Translations under genes and position numbers: made by a program
The notes under the pieces: model-generated
Databases searched by the model: none
Seen by the model: the letters and a program-made list of their open reading frames with translations, nothing else
What the model was told of the DNA's origin: nothing
NCBI GenBank assembly: GCA_021806565.1
Contig: JAJZXK010000005.1
Location: 2,555-66,554 of the forward strand
DNA: 64,000 nucleotides
Direction of reading: 5' to 3'
From: Bacillota bacterium
GTDB lineage: Bacteria; Bacillota; Sulfobacillia; RBS10-35; JAJYVN01
Shown here: positions 54,552 through 64,000 of the stretch, in pieces
How positions within the stretch are numbered: position 1 is the stretch's first letter
Layout of the letters: the number at the start of each line of letters is the position of its first letter

Positions 54552-56872
54552 CGTGCCGCCACCCCCGCCGCAGCCGGCACCGCGGTGACGCGCACGCGCG
54601 GGCCGAGCCGGTTGCCGCCGAAGTCATGGGCGGCCAGGACCACCCACCCGGGGAGCACGCCGGCGTCCAGGCGCACGGTGCCCCGCACGGTGGTTCCCGC
54701 GCCGTGCAGGTGCACCGCCGCGCCTTCCTGCAGCCCGAGCCGGTCCGTCCCCTCGGGATTCAGCCGCACCTCGCCCGCAACGTGCACCGGTTCCAGGTTC
54801 GGGTCGAAGGCCGCGGTCCCGCCACCGGCAAACAGTCGCGGCCGCAGCAGCAGCCCGAGTTCCTCGCCGGATCCACCGCCGGGACGTTCGCCGCCGGCTT
54901 CGGGCAGGCGCACCCGGGCCGGCGTCTCCGCCTCCGGCGGGGCCTGGTCGGCCAGGGTCACATTCAGGGCCGCCGCCAGCCGCCGCAGGATCATGCCGTC
55001 CGCCAGGGCGCCGGCCGGCCCGGCGACCGCCCGCGCCACCGGCTGGCTCTGCCCGACGAGGTTGCTGGTATGGCCGGCCTTCTCCAGCGCCCCCAGGGCC
55101 GGCAGCACGACGTCCGCCCGCTGTGCGGTCTCGGTCAGAAACAGGTCCTGAACCACCAGGAACGGCACCGCGTCCAGGGCGCGGTCCGCCAGTTCGCCGT
55201 CCGGGAAACTGCGCAGGGGGTTGGCTCCCACCACATACAGCGCCTGGAGGTCGCCGGAGGCTGCCGCGTTCAGGATGCCGGCGGCGTCGCGGCCGGGTTC
55301 CCGCGGCAGTTCCGCCCCCCAGACGGCCGCCACCTCGGCCCCCGCCCCGACGGCGTGGTAACCCGGCAACAGGTCCGGCGCCAGCCCGGCCGCCTCGGCG
55401 CCACGGGCGTTGGCAAACTCCCCGACGACCAGCAGCGGGGCGCCGAGCGCCGCCACCGCCTCCGCCAGGGCCGGCCCGCCGCGCCCGTTCCAGATGACCA
55501 GGGGCGATTGGGCGGCTGCGAACTCCGGGGCCAGTTCGGCCACACGCCGCGCCAGTTCGTCCGGCGCGCAGGCCACGCGCCGGCTGGCCGCGTGGCGCAG
55601 GTTGCGCACCGGGCCGAGGTCGATGACCGTGGCCCGCCGTGCGGTGCGCCGCAGCCGGATGTCCAGGACCGGGGCCTCCTCCAGGGGGGACGTATCCAAA
55701 AGCAGCACCAGGTCCGAACGGTCGAGGTCGGTGATCGCGGCCTCCGAAAGACCGATGGCCGCCGGGGCGGCAAAGCCCTGGTAGCCGACGCGCCAGTCCA
55801 CATCGTTCGTGCGCAGCCCGAGGCGCGCCAGTTGAGACAGGGCCAGGGACTCTTCGTCCGTCAACCGTCCGCCGCCCAGGACGGCCGCGGGCCCCGCCGT
55901 CAGTCCGGCCGCGGCCGCGCTGAGGGCCTCTTCCCAGGTCGCCGCCCGCAACTCGCCGTCGCGGCGCACCAGCGGGGTGGCGAGGCGCTGCTCCGCCAGC
56001 GTGTGGCCGAAACCGTAGCGCCCGCGGTCACAGAGCCAGCCGGCGTCGACCGCCTGGTTCTCCCGCCACAGCAGGCGCACGATCTTCGGACCGCGCAGGT
56101 TCACCGTCAGGTTGCACCCCAGGGAACAGCCCTGGCAGACGGAAGGGACCGGCCGCACGTCCCAGGGCCGGGCCTTGAAGCGGTAGGTGTGGCTCGTCAG
56201 CGCCCCGACCGGACACAGTTCGGTGTTGTTGCCGGAGAAGTAGCCGGCGTAGGGCTCACCGGCGCCGGTGTCGATCACGGTGCGGTCGCCGCGCTCCTTG
56301 AGCACGAGGTTCTGTTCGTGCAGCACCTCGTTTTCGTAGCGCACGCAGCGCTGGCAGAGGATGCAGCGCTCCTGATCGAGCACCAGGAAAGGACCGAGGT
56401 CTTCGGCCTTGTGCCGCAGGATCTTTTGCTCGGCGAACTGGCTCTTACCCGGGCCGTATGCCAGGGTGAAGTCCTGCAGGTCGCACTCGCCGCCCTTGTC
56501 GCAGACCGGGCAGTCCAGCGGGTGGTTGATCAGCAGGAACTCCAGCACCTGCTGGCGCGCCAGCTTGGCCGGGTCGCTCATCGTCTCGATCTTCAGACCC
56601 TCGAAGACCGGCGTCGTGCAGCCGGTGGTCACGATGGGCCCACGGGTAGCGACCGGCGGTCCCTCCACCTGCACCATGCACACCCGGCAGGCGCCGACCG
56701 GCTCCAGCCGGGGATGGTAGCAGTAGTAGGGGATGGGGCGGCCGACCTGACGGACCGCGTCCACGATCAGCGTGCCGCGCGGGAAGGTGTACGGCTTGCC
56801 GTCGATGGTGCAGGACACCGTACTGGGCGGCGCGGCCGGGGCCTGCGGCCCGGCGGAGGGATTGCTGCTCAT
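54548..56872 (-). CDS. nuoG: NADH-quinone oxidoreductase subunit G
   Basis: CYHP..GACRVC, NHPLDCPVCDKGGECDLQD, CILCQRC, CPVGAL, CQGCSLGC (N7). Confidence 0.95.
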   Translation of the reverse strand: MSSNPSAGPQAPAAPPSTVSCTIDGKPYTFPRGTLIVDAVRQVGRPIPYYCYHPRLEPVGACRVCMVQVEGPPVATRGPIVTTGCTTPVFEGLKIETMSDPAKLARQQVLEFLLINHPLDCPVCDKGGECDLQDFTLAYGPGKSQFAEQKILRHKAEDLGPFLVLDQERCILCQRCVRYENEVLHEQNLVLKERGDRTVIDTGAGEPYAGYFSGNNTELCPVGALTSHTYRFKARPWDVRPVPSVCQGCSLGCNLTVNLRGPKIVRLLWRENQAVDAGWLCDRGRYGFGHTLAEQRLATPLVRRDGELRAATWEEALSAAAAGLTAGPAAVLGGGRLTDEESLALSQLARLGLRTNDVDWRVGYQGFAAPAAIGLSEAAITDLDRSDLVLLLDTSPLEEAPVLDIRLRRTARRATVIDLGPVRNLRHAASRRVACAPDELARRVAELAPEFAAAQSPLVIWNGRGGPALAEAVAALGAPLLVVGEFANARGAEAAGLAPDLLPGYHAVGAGAEVAAVWGAELPREPGRDAAGILNAAASGDLQALYVVGANPLRSFPDGELADRALDAVPFLVVQDLFLTETAQRADVVLPALGALEKAGHTSNLVGQSQPVARAVAGPAGALADGMILRRLAAALNVTLADQAPPEAETPARVRLPEAGGERPGGGSGEELGLLLRPRLFAGGGTAAFDPNLEPVHVAGEVRLNPEGTDRLGLQEGAAVHLHGAGTTVRGTVRLDAGVLPGWVVLAAHDFGGNRLGPRVRVTAVPAAAGVAAR

Positions 56873-58152
56873 CGGATCGCCACCTCCTGGCGGGCCATGG
56901 GGCACGAGCCGTGCTCGTGCGCCACGAACGCGTCGCGGAAGGCCCGCAGGGCCGACTGCAGATAGGTCACCGAAAAGTCTCCCAGCAGGCAGAGGCACTT
57001 GCGGCCGCCGATCCCCTGGCACAACTGCTCGAGCCGTTCGGTGTCCCCCGGCCGGCCCTGCCCATGTTCCATGCGGTACAGCACCTTCTCGGTCCAGCCC
57101 GTGCCCTCGCGGCAGGGGGTGCACTTGCCGCACGACTCGTGGTGGTAGAAGCGCGCCCCCAGGTAGGCCACGTGCACCGGGCAGTCGCGCTCGTCACACA
57201 CCAGCATGCCGGCCGACCCGAGCATGGAGCGGATGGCCATCATCGAGTCGAAGTCCAGCGAGACGTCAAGGTCCTTGGGCTGGATCAGGGCGGAACTCGC
57301 GCCGGCCGGCAGGATGAACTGCAACTCGTGGCCCGGTTCGAGCCCGCCGGCGTGCTCCTCGATCAGTTCGCGTAGCGGCGTGCCCATCTCGATCTCGTAG
57401 TTCCCCGGCCGGCGCACTCGGCCGCTGACCGAGCAGATCTTGGTACCCGGGCTCTTTTCGGGCCCGATCGCCGCAAACCAGGCGCCGCCGTTTTCGACGA
57501 TCCCGGGCAGGTTGGCGATCGTCTCGACGTTGTTGATCACCGTCGGCATGCCGTAGAGCCCGGCGGCGGTGGGGAACGGCGGCTTGGTGCGCGGATGGCC
57601 GCGCTTGCCCTCCAGCGACTCCATGATCGCGGTCTCCTCGCCGCAGATGTAGGCACCGGCGCCGCGGTGCACGACGATCTCGTGACTGAACCCGCTGCCG
57701 AGGATGCGCTCGCCGACCAGACCGGCATCGCGGGCCATCTCCACCGCGCGCTTCAGGATCGCGTATCCCTCGTAGAACTCGCCGCGCAGGTAGACGAACG
57801 TCTTGGCCATGCCGCAGGCGTAGGCGGCGAGCAACGCGCCCTCGATGATGCGGTGCGGGTTGCGCTCGATCAGCATGCGGCCCGAGAACGAGCCCGGCTC
57901 GCTCTCGTCGCCGTTGAGGATGAGGTAGCGGGGCCGGCCGTCGTTGGGCAGGGTGCTCCACTTGAAGGCGGCGCCGGCGCCCGCGCCGCCGCGGCCGCGC
58001 AGGTTGCTCGTCTTCACTTCGTTGAAGACGTCCTCGGGCGACATGCCCCCGAGCGCCTTGGCCAACGCCGCGTAGCCACCGCGACCGCGGTAGACGTCCA
58101 GCCGCGTCAGATCGTGGGTGTCCATCCCCTCGGTCAGCAGCTTGCGGATCAC
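56869..58152 (-). CDS. nuoF: NADH-quinone oxidoreductase subunit F
   Basis: LRGRGGAG, GAGAYICGEETA..SLEG, NNVET, ESCGKCTPCREG. Confidence 0.95.
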   Translation of the reverse strand: MIRKLLTEGMDTHDLTRLDVYRGRGGYAALAKALGGMSPEDVFNEVKTSNLRGRGGAGAGAAFKWSTLPNDGRPRYLILNGDESEPGSFSGRMLIERNPHRIIEGALLAAYACGMAKTFVYLRGEFYEGYAILKRAVEMARDAGLVGERILGSGFSHEIVVHRGAGAYICGEETAIMESLEGKRGHPRTKPPFPTAAGLYGMPTVINNVETIANLPGIVENGGAWFAAIGPEKSPGTKICSVSGRVRRPGNYEIEMGTPLRELIEEHAGGLEPGHELQFILPAGASSALIQPKDLDVSLDFDSMMAIRSMLGSAGMLVCDERDCPVHVAYLGARFYHHESCGKCTPCREGTGWTEKVLYRMEHGQGRPGDTERLEQLCQGIGGRKCLCLLGDFSVTYLQSALRAFRDAFVAHEHGSCPMARQEVAIR

Positions 58153-58619
58153 GCCGGATCCCCCCCCTGGCCGCGCAGCCGCGCCAGCGCACCCTGCTTA
58201 TCCAGCGGCCCCTCCATGCGCTCGTTCCAGAGGCAGCTGGGGGCATGGTCGCATGCCGCCAAGCACTCGACCACCTCCACGCTGAAGGAGCCGTCCGGGG
58301 CGGTCTCCCCCGGGCCGACCCCCGTCTCGGCGCGCACGTGCTCGAGAATCTCCTCGGCGCCCTTCATGGCGCAGGCCAGGCTGCGGCAGACCTGCAGGCG
58401 CCGCGTGGCCGGCGGGGTGCGCCGATACATGCTGTAGAAGGAAAGCACCGACTCCACGTCGCTCGCCGTCAACCCGAGCAGTTCCGCCACGGTCTCCACC
58501 GTCTGCGGCGTCACCCAGCCGTCCGCCTCCTGCGCCTGCCACAGAAGGGTCAGTAGGGCGGAGCGTGGGGACGGATAGCGCGCGACGGCGGCACGGGCGG
58601 TCTCCAGGTCCAACGGCAT
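58149..58619 (-). CDS. nuoE: NADH-quinone oxidoreductase subunit E
   Basis: SFYSMY, CRSLAC, ECLAACDHAP. Confidence 0.93.
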   Translation of the reverse strand: MPLDLETARAAVARYPSPRSALLTLLWQAQEADGWVTPQTVETVAELLGLTASDVESVLSFYSMYRRTPPATRRLQVCRSLACAMKGAEEILEHVRAETGVGPGETAPDGSFSVEVVECLAACDHAPSCLWNERMEGPLDKQGALARLRGQGGDPA

Positions 58620-59785
58620 CAGCGGTCCACCTCGCCCATGATCATGTCAAGGCTGCCGACGGCGGCGACGGCGTCCGCCACCAGCGCCCCGTCCAGCACG
58701 TACTTGAGCGCCTGCGTGTTGTAGAAAGAGGGCGCCCGCACCCGCATGCGGTAGGGCCGGGGACCACCGTCGGCCACCACGTAAAAACCGAGTTCACCCC
58801 GCGGGCTCTCCACCGCCTGGTAGACCGCCCCGGCGGGCACCCGGAACCCCTGGCTGGCCAGCTTGAAGTGGTGGATCAGCGACTCCATCGAGGTCTTGAG
58901 TTCCTCCCGCGGCGGCAGGGTGATCTTGCGATCCGCCGACTTCCACGGCCCGGAGGGCATCCCGTCCAGGGCCTGGCGCACGATGCGTGCGCTCTGTTCC
59001 ATCTCGTCCATGCGCACCAGGTAGCGCGCGTACGAGTCACCCTCCGTGCGAGTGGGGATGTCGAACTCGAAGTGCTCATACCCGCTGTAGGGCGTAACCC
59101 GGCGCAGGTCGTGCGCCACCCCCGCGGCCCGTAGCGCCGGCCCGGTTACGCCGAACGCCCGGCACTGCTGCGCCGGCAGGAGGCCGATGTCGCGGGTTCG
59201 CCCGACGAAGATCGGGTTATCGTCCAGAAGCGAGCGGAAGTCGTGCATCCAGCGCGGGAACTCCTGCAGAAAGCGCTCGACCATGCCGGGAAGCTGCGGC
59301 GGCAGGTCGTACAGCAGCCCGCCCACCCGGATATACGAAAGGTTCATGCGCACCCCGGCCACGGCCTCGTACATGTCGAGGATGGCCTCGCGCGCCTGAA
59401 ACGCGTAGAAGTAGACGCTCATCGCGCCCAGGTCCAGGGCGTAGGTGCCCAGCCACACCAGGTGCGAGGCGATCCGCGACAGTTCGCTCATCAGCACCCG
59501 GATGTACTGGCCGCGCGGCGGCACCTCGACGGACAGCAGCCGTTCGACCGCGAGGCAATAGCCGAGGTTGTTGATCAACGGCGACAGGTAGTCCATGCGG
59601 TCGGTGTCCGTCACCGCCTGTTGCCAGGTATGGTGTTCGGCGTTCTTTTCGATCCCGGTGTGCAGGTACCCGATCTCGGGGACGCAGTGCACGACGGTCT
59701 CACCGTCGAGTTCGAGCACCAACCGCAGCACCCCGTGCGTGGCGGGGTGCTGCGGGCCCATGTTCAACACCGTCGTCTCGGCCAA
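58619..59785 (-). CDS. nuoD: NADH-quinone oxidoreductase subunit D
   Basis: LNMGPQHPATHGVLRL, GYLHTGIEK, DRMDY, GEVDR. Confidence 0.96.
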   Translation of the reverse strand: MAETTVLNMGPQHPATHGVLRLVLELDGETVVHCVPEIGYLHTGIEKNAEHHTWQQAVTDTDRMDYLSPLINNLGYCLAVERLLSVEVPPRGQYIRVLMSELSRIASHLVWLGTYALDLGAMSVYFYAFQAREAILDMYEAVAGVRMNLSYIRVGGLLYDLPPQLPGMVERFLQEFPRWMHDFRSLLDDNPIFVGRTRDIGLLPAQQCRAFGVTGPALRAAGVAHDLRRVTPYSGYEHFEFDIPTRTEGDSYARYLVRMDEMEQSARIVRQALDGMPSGPWKSADRKITLPPREELKTSMESLIHHFKLASQGFRVPAGAVYQAVESPRGELGFYVVADGGPRPYRMRVRAPSFYNTQALKYVLDGALVADAVAAVGSLDMIMGEVDR

Positions 59786-59826
59786 GGCGGATCCACCCCT
59801 CACAGGGACAGCTGCCGGGACGCCAC

Positions 59827-60369
59827 CTACAGCGCGTATGGACTGTCCGGGTTGAGGGCGCGCGGCCCCTCCAACGGGTAGTCCCTGCGCAACGGATGCC
59901 CGTCCCAGTCGTCCGGCAGCATCAGCCGCCGCAGATCCGCATTCCCGCGCCAGCCGACGCCGAACAGGTCGTAGATCTCCCGCTCGGGCCAGCCGGCCCC
60001 CGGAAACAGCGGCTCCCAAGACGCGAGTTCGCCGTCGGCGGCGACCGCCGTCTCCAGGCGCACCAGCCGACCGCGGTCCAGGTCACGCAGGTGCGCGACG
60101 ATCGCGAGGCGCTGCGGACGCTCCGGGTAGTCGCAGCCCGCCACGTCGCAAAAAAAGTCGAAGCCCTGGGCCTTAGCCGCCGCGGCCACCTCGAACCACC
60201 GCTGTGGCGCCACCACCAGGGTCGGGACATCGGACGCTCCGGACCCGCCCTCCACGCCAAGCACGGCGGTCACCCCGTCCGCGACGGCGGCGACCACCTG
60301 CTGCACCCAATCGGGCAATGGCGGCGGCGGGGACTCGTTCGCTGCGGCGGCCGTCTCCTGATCAGCCAC
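59827..60369 (-). CDS. nuoC: NADH-quinone oxidoreductase subunit C
   Basis: [31 protein letters not shown]. Confidence 0.94.
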   Translation of the reverse strand: MADQETAAAANESPPPPLPDWVQQVVAAVADGVTAVLGVEGGSGASDVPTLVVAPQRWFEVAAAAKAQGFDFFCDVAGCDYPERPQRLAIVAHLRDLDRGRLVRLETAVAADGELASWEPLFPGAGWPEREIYDLFGVGWRGNADLRRLMLPDDWDGHPLRRDYPLEGPRALNPDSPYAL

Positions 60370-60865
60370 GTATGCCCACCATCCCCGGCCTGCCCTGCGG
60401 GCGCGCCTCGCCCCGCGTGATCCGCTCCTGAAGCGCGACCAGGGCCTGCAGCACCGCCTCCGGAGTCGGAGGGCAACCCGGCACGTAGACGTCGACCGGC
60501 AGGATCTGATCGACGCCCTGCACCACGGCATAGTTGTTGAAAGTACCACCCGAGCAGGCACAGGCGCCCATGGACATGACCCACTTCGGCTCGGCCATCT
60601 GTTCATACAGATGGCGGATCACGGGCACCATCTTGTGGCAGACCCGCCCGGAGACGATCATCAGGTCGGACTGCCGCGGCGAGCCCCGGAACACCTCCGC
60701 GCCGAAGCGGGCGGCATCGAAACGCGGCGTGACCAGGGCCATCATCTCGATGGCGCAGCACGCCAAGCCCATGGTCAACGGCCACAGCGAGTTGCGCTGC
60801 GCCCAGCGCGTCATCTGATCGACGGTGGTCATGAAAAAGGGCAGGTTGCCGTCCTCGGCGTTCAT
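60362..60865 (-). CDS. nuoB: NADH-quinone oxidoreductase subunit B
   Basis: [27 protein letters not shown]. Confidence 0.96.
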   Translation of the reverse strand: MNAEDGNLPFFMTTVDQMTRWAQRNSLWPLTMGLACCAIEMMALVTPRFDAARFGAEVFRGSPRQSDLMIVSGRVCHKMVPVIRHLYEQMAEPKWVMSMGACACSGGTFNNYAVVQGVDQILPVDVYVPGCPPTPEAVLQALVALQERITRGEARPQGRPGMVGIRG

Positions 60866-61215
60866 CGCCAATCCAGGCCCCCCTTCTTCCAGACGTACGC
60901 GTAGCCGATGGCCAGAACGACGGCGAACACGGCCATGTCCTCCAGGCCGCGCGCGCCGAGGGCCCGCAACCGCACGCCCCAGGGATAAAAGGCGATGGCC
61001 TCGACGTCCAGGATGACAAACAGCATCGCCACGAGGTAGAACCGCACAGGAAACCGCGGCGCCGCACCCTCGGCGCCCGTGATGCCGCACTCGTATGGCA
61101 TGCGGCTCGCCCCGGTCTGCCGGGCCGCGCGGATCCGGCCGATCCCCGCCGTCACCGCGAAGACCACCACCGCCGCCACGCCGAGGTACAAGGCCACCGC
61201 CTGGTACTCCGACAC
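60862..61215 (-). CDS. nuoA: NADH-quinone oxidoreductase subunit A
   Basis: [29 protein letters not shown]. Confidence 0.95.
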   Translation of the reverse strand: MSEYQAVALYLGVAAVVVFAVTAGIGRIRAARQTGASRMPYECGITGAEGAAPRFPVRFYLVAMLFVILDVEAIAFYPWGVRLRALGARGLEDMAVFAVVLAIGYAYVWKKGGLDWR

Positions 61216-61294
61216 TGGTGCATCCCCCTCCGAGCCCGGTGGTCCGACCACCGCGGCCGTCCATTCGGCCATTCGCCGTAGCGGGTCTAGACCC

Positions 61295-61312
61295 TTGTGC
61301 CTTTTGTCACAA
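61295..61312. promoter_or_regulatory. Rex (or Fnr/Crp) type operator upstream of nuoA
   Basis: TTGTGCCTTTTGTCACAA = TTGTG-N8-CACAA palindrome, AT-rich in GC-rich surroundings, 80 bp upstream of nuoA. Confidence 0.7.
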
Positions 61313-61348
61313 TCTCGCGCACGGGAGACGAAACCCGCGCCAACCGAA

Positions 61349-61753
61349 CTAGCCGGCGTCCATGCCGACCAAAATAAGATTGGCAAGCACCAACAGGTGC
61401 ACCGCCGTGCACCAAGCGCACAACCGGCCGACCGCGAACAACTCCAGGTAGACGAAATACACGACCGCCACCGCACCGACGGTGGCCCAGGCCCGCTCGG
61501 CCAGCGCCTGACCGGGCCCTGCCCGCAGGACCAGCGCGGCGGTGACGACAAACCACGCGATGCCCCAGACGGCCAGCGGCAGGCCGAGTGCCACCGACTG
61601 CGGACTGGTCACCACCGCGGCGCAGTCCACGATCCCGCGGCGCGCCAGCGGGCAGGCAAGGGGAACGTGCCCGTAGTGCACCACCGTCAGATAGACCGAG
61701 ATGCCCAGGCCAACCAGCGCCATGCCCAGCCGGGCCCACCGCCGCCCACTCAA
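61349..61753 (-). CDS. vitamin K epoxide reductase (VKOR) family protein
   Basis: C-terminal part of ORF 61349..62314: loop cysteines LAC...DC..V..S, YLELF..G.LCAWC (CxxC), four TMs. TTGA overlap. Confidence 0.88.
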   Translation of the reverse strand: MSGRRWARLGMALVGLGISVYLTVVHYGHVPLACPLARRGIVDCAAVVTSPQSVALGLPLAVWGIAWFVVTAALVLRAGPGQALAERAWATVGAVAVVYFVYLELFAVGRLCAWCTAVHLLVLANLILVGMDAG

Positions 61754-62697
61754 CCCGCCTTCGCCGCCACCGGCTTGGACGCGCGGATCTTCGCGGTCAG
61801 ACTCCGCATCAGCGGGCCGGAGCACACCGAACCGGGGTGGCCCCCATCGGCGACGCAGAGCCCGGCCGTCAACACATTGGCCCCTCCCAGGATGGCCCGC
61901 GCCACCGGCCCCTGGCCCGAATGCACCGCGGCGGCGATGGCGCCCCAGTTCAGCCCCTGCAGTACCTGGGGACTGTAGACGCTGCCCGACCAGATGTAGC
62001 GGTTCGCCATATCGATGAAGGGAATGCTGCCCGCGGTCCCCGACGGGACATAGGGCGGGTTGTCGTAGGTGGTGGCCGCCGTGTTCTGGGCCGAGTCCAT
62101 CGGCTGCAGCGGCTGGCCCACCGTCTGGCCCTGCTGCTCGACGGTCTGGACGGTGACGTACTTGCTGGCGTAGGTGGCGTGGACAAAGGTGAAGGTCGGC
62201 GTCGACGGATAGACGTCGTGGACGGTCGAGTTCATGTATTCCAGGCCGGACCACTTGCCGAAGCGCGACGTGGCCACGAGGAACGACCACCGCGTCGCGG
62301 CGCAAAACGGACAATACTCCGCGCCCAGGTAGAAGACGACCGGCTTGCCGCCCACGTGCCAGACCGGACTGGTGGTCACCACCGGTAGGGGCGAGGCCGA
62401 CGCCCCGCTGCCGCCCAGCCCGGCGGCGTCAAAGGCCGACGTCGGTACGGAGGTCAGCTCCTTCACCACCGCCGCCGCCACCGGCTTTCCGTCCAGCGCC
62501 GGCCGTTTGGTCGAAGGCGTCGGCAGCGCGAGTTTCAGAGCGACCAGGATGACGATGGCGGTCCCGACGGCGATCGCGATCCAGGCACCGCCGCCCAACG
62601 CCCCACCTCTGCGACGCGAACCCCTGAATTGCCGGTTGCGCCTGGCCGTAGTCCAATCCCACCTTCGTCCCGTCCATAACGGCGATCCGCGATACAA
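61750..62697 (-). CDS. membrane-anchored DUF929-like thioredoxin-fold protein (start uncertain)
   Basis: TM anchor, [37 protein letters not shown], and a second Cys pair LC...VC. Confidence 0.8.
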   Translation of the reverse strand: MYRGSPLWTGRRWDWTTARRNRQFRGSRRRGGALGGGAWIAIAVGTAIVILVALKLALPTPSTKRPALDGKPVAAAVVKELTSVPTSAFDAAGLGGSGASASPLPVVTTSPVWHVGGKPVVFYLGAEYCPFCAATRWSFLVATSRFGKWSGLEYMNSTVHDVYPSTPTFTFVHATYASKYVTVQTVEQQGQTVGQPLQPMDSAQNTAATTYDNPPYVPSGTAGSIPFIDMANRYIWSGSVYSPQVLQGLNWGAIAAAVHSGQGPVARAILGGANVLTAGLCVADGGHPGSVCSGPLMRSLTAKIRASKPVAAKAG

Positions 62698-62950
62698 GGC
62701 TCATCCGTCAGCACATGATCCCATCATGCCCGCCCAAACCCTGGCCGCCGTCGCGACCAGCGCCACACCGCCGCGGCGACTGCGACACAAGGCCGACGGC
62801 CCCGGGCGCGGAGTGGCGGCCGGTCGACCCCGAAAAACGTCGAGGGCCGCAGTTTCGCGCAACCCGAACCGGGTCCTGCTTAGCGACACCGGCGGTACTC
62901 CCCGAGCGCCCCCGAGCAGGCATCACCGCGCCACGCCGGGGCTCAGGGCC

Positions 62951-64000
62951 TCACGGCTGCGGGGCCGAGACGGCGCCCCAGGCCGGGCGCTGCCCGGCGA
63001 CCTGCGGCCGCTCCTGCGCCTCCGGCTCCAGATACAGCAGGCTGCGCGTCCCGGCCAGCCTCCCCGGCGAGAGGTCCGCCGGTACGGCCCGCGCGTCCAC
63101 CACCCACAGCCAGGCCTCCGGCCGCAACAGGGCCGCCGCCAGCGACAACCGAAAGCGCAACTCCGCGTCGGTCCAGCCCAGTAGGGATGCGTCCGGCCCC
63201 AGCGGGACACCCGCGGCGTCCAGTGCCGCCTGGACATCCTGGCCCGCACGCGCCCCGATCGACTCGCGGATACTGCAATTGGGCTCGAGCGGAAAGGCGC
63301 CGCTGAGCACCGCCACGCTCCGCCGCCACGGCGCGACCGCCGCTCCCGCCAGCGGCCGGCCCCCCACCTCCACCGGAGGGTCTCCCCCAAGCAGCCCCAG
63401 GAGGGAGGCCGCCACCTGCAGCGGGCCGACCCCCGCCGGCAGCCTCAGCGTCGCCCGCCCCCCGGCGGCGAGCACCGTCGCTTCCGTCCCCCCCAGCGGC
63501 CGCAGCGACACCGGCACCGGCCCCAGGCCGCCGGACGGCGCCGCGCCACCACCCGGCTGGTCGCCCTCGTCGTCCACGTAGGTAAAGACGCGGTCGCAGT
63601 TGGCCTGAACCGAACGCAGGTCGACGTAGATGCGAAAGCCCCCGTGCAACTGCTCCATCGCCAGCACGTACGTGCCCATCGCCACCAGCGTGCCCACGCT
63701 CAGTTGCCCGGCCATGATCATCCGGCCGCCCTGCCACCACAAAAGCGCCGTCACCCCGGCCCCGACCACGCCCACCACCCACTGGAACGCCACGATCAGG
63801 ATGTCCGTCGTCAAACCCAGACTCGCCATGTCGCGGTTGCGCGCCAAAAAGGCCTGCCGCTCCAGCGACTGCGTCCGTGCGCTCCGCACCGCCAGCGCCC
63901 CGTCGGGCGAGCAGACCCGCGCCAACTGGTGGTTGGCCCGGCTCACCACTTCGAAGGTCCGCGCCGTCAGCGGATAGCGCGCCTGCCCCAGCAGGTAGGT
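62951..64000 (-). CDS. ABC exporter membrane domain fused to a degenerate NBD (5' partial)
   Basis: GGRMIMAGQLSVGTLVA TM6 motif. The NBD region lacks Walker A and LSGGQ. The frame is open to the window edge. Confidence 0.65.
   Translation of the reverse strand, partial: TYLLGQARYPLTARTFEVVSRANHQLARVCSPDGALAVRSARTQSLERQAFLARNRDMASLGLTTDILIVAFQWVVGVVGAGVTALLWWQGGRMIMAGQLSVGTLVAMGTYVLAMEQLHGGFRIYVDLRSVQANCDRVFTYVDDEGDQPGGGAAPSGGLGPVPVSLRPLGGTEATVLAAGGRATLRLPAGVGPLQVAASLLGLLGGDPPVEVGGRPLAGAAVAPWRRSVAVLSGAFPLEPNCSIRESIGARAGQDVQAALDAAGVPLGPDASLLGWTDAELRFRLSLAAALLRPEAWLWVVDARAVPADLSPGRLAGTRSLLYLEPEAQERPQVAGQRPAWGAVSAPQP

Overview
High-GC (roughly 70% by eye) bacterial chromosomal window. The tig-clpP-clpX-lonB-lon block, the spsIJKL-type rhamnose genes and a SigW/RsiW-like pair point to a spore-forming Bacillota. 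The Lys/Thr-rich exported proteins and a DUF929-VKOR pair hint at an acidophile such as a Sulfobacillia-like lineage (inference only). From left to right the window holds: (i) assorted metabolic genes (hydrolase, tpx, DegT-like, AKR, ADH, gmk) and a sugar ABC importer; (ii) a ~25 kb cell-surface glycan locus (GDP-heptose genes, priming transferase, O-ligase/OTase-TPR, acyltransferase, Wzm/Wzt, a 1584-aa methyltransferase-coiled coil-GT2-GT2-GT4 protein, GT2s, rmlABDC, GNAT, ATP-grasp) interrupted by an ECF sigma/anti-sigma plus bactofilin-like module with mirror-image promoters; (iii) MFS, PBP1A and the protease cluster; (iv) a complete 14-gene nuoA-N operon with a Rex/Fnr-like operator and an atypical NuoF nucleotide site; (v) DUF929-VKOR and a degenerate ABC exporter. 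I saw no rRNA, tRNA or CRISPR array. All calls are from motif reading by eye, with no database searches run.
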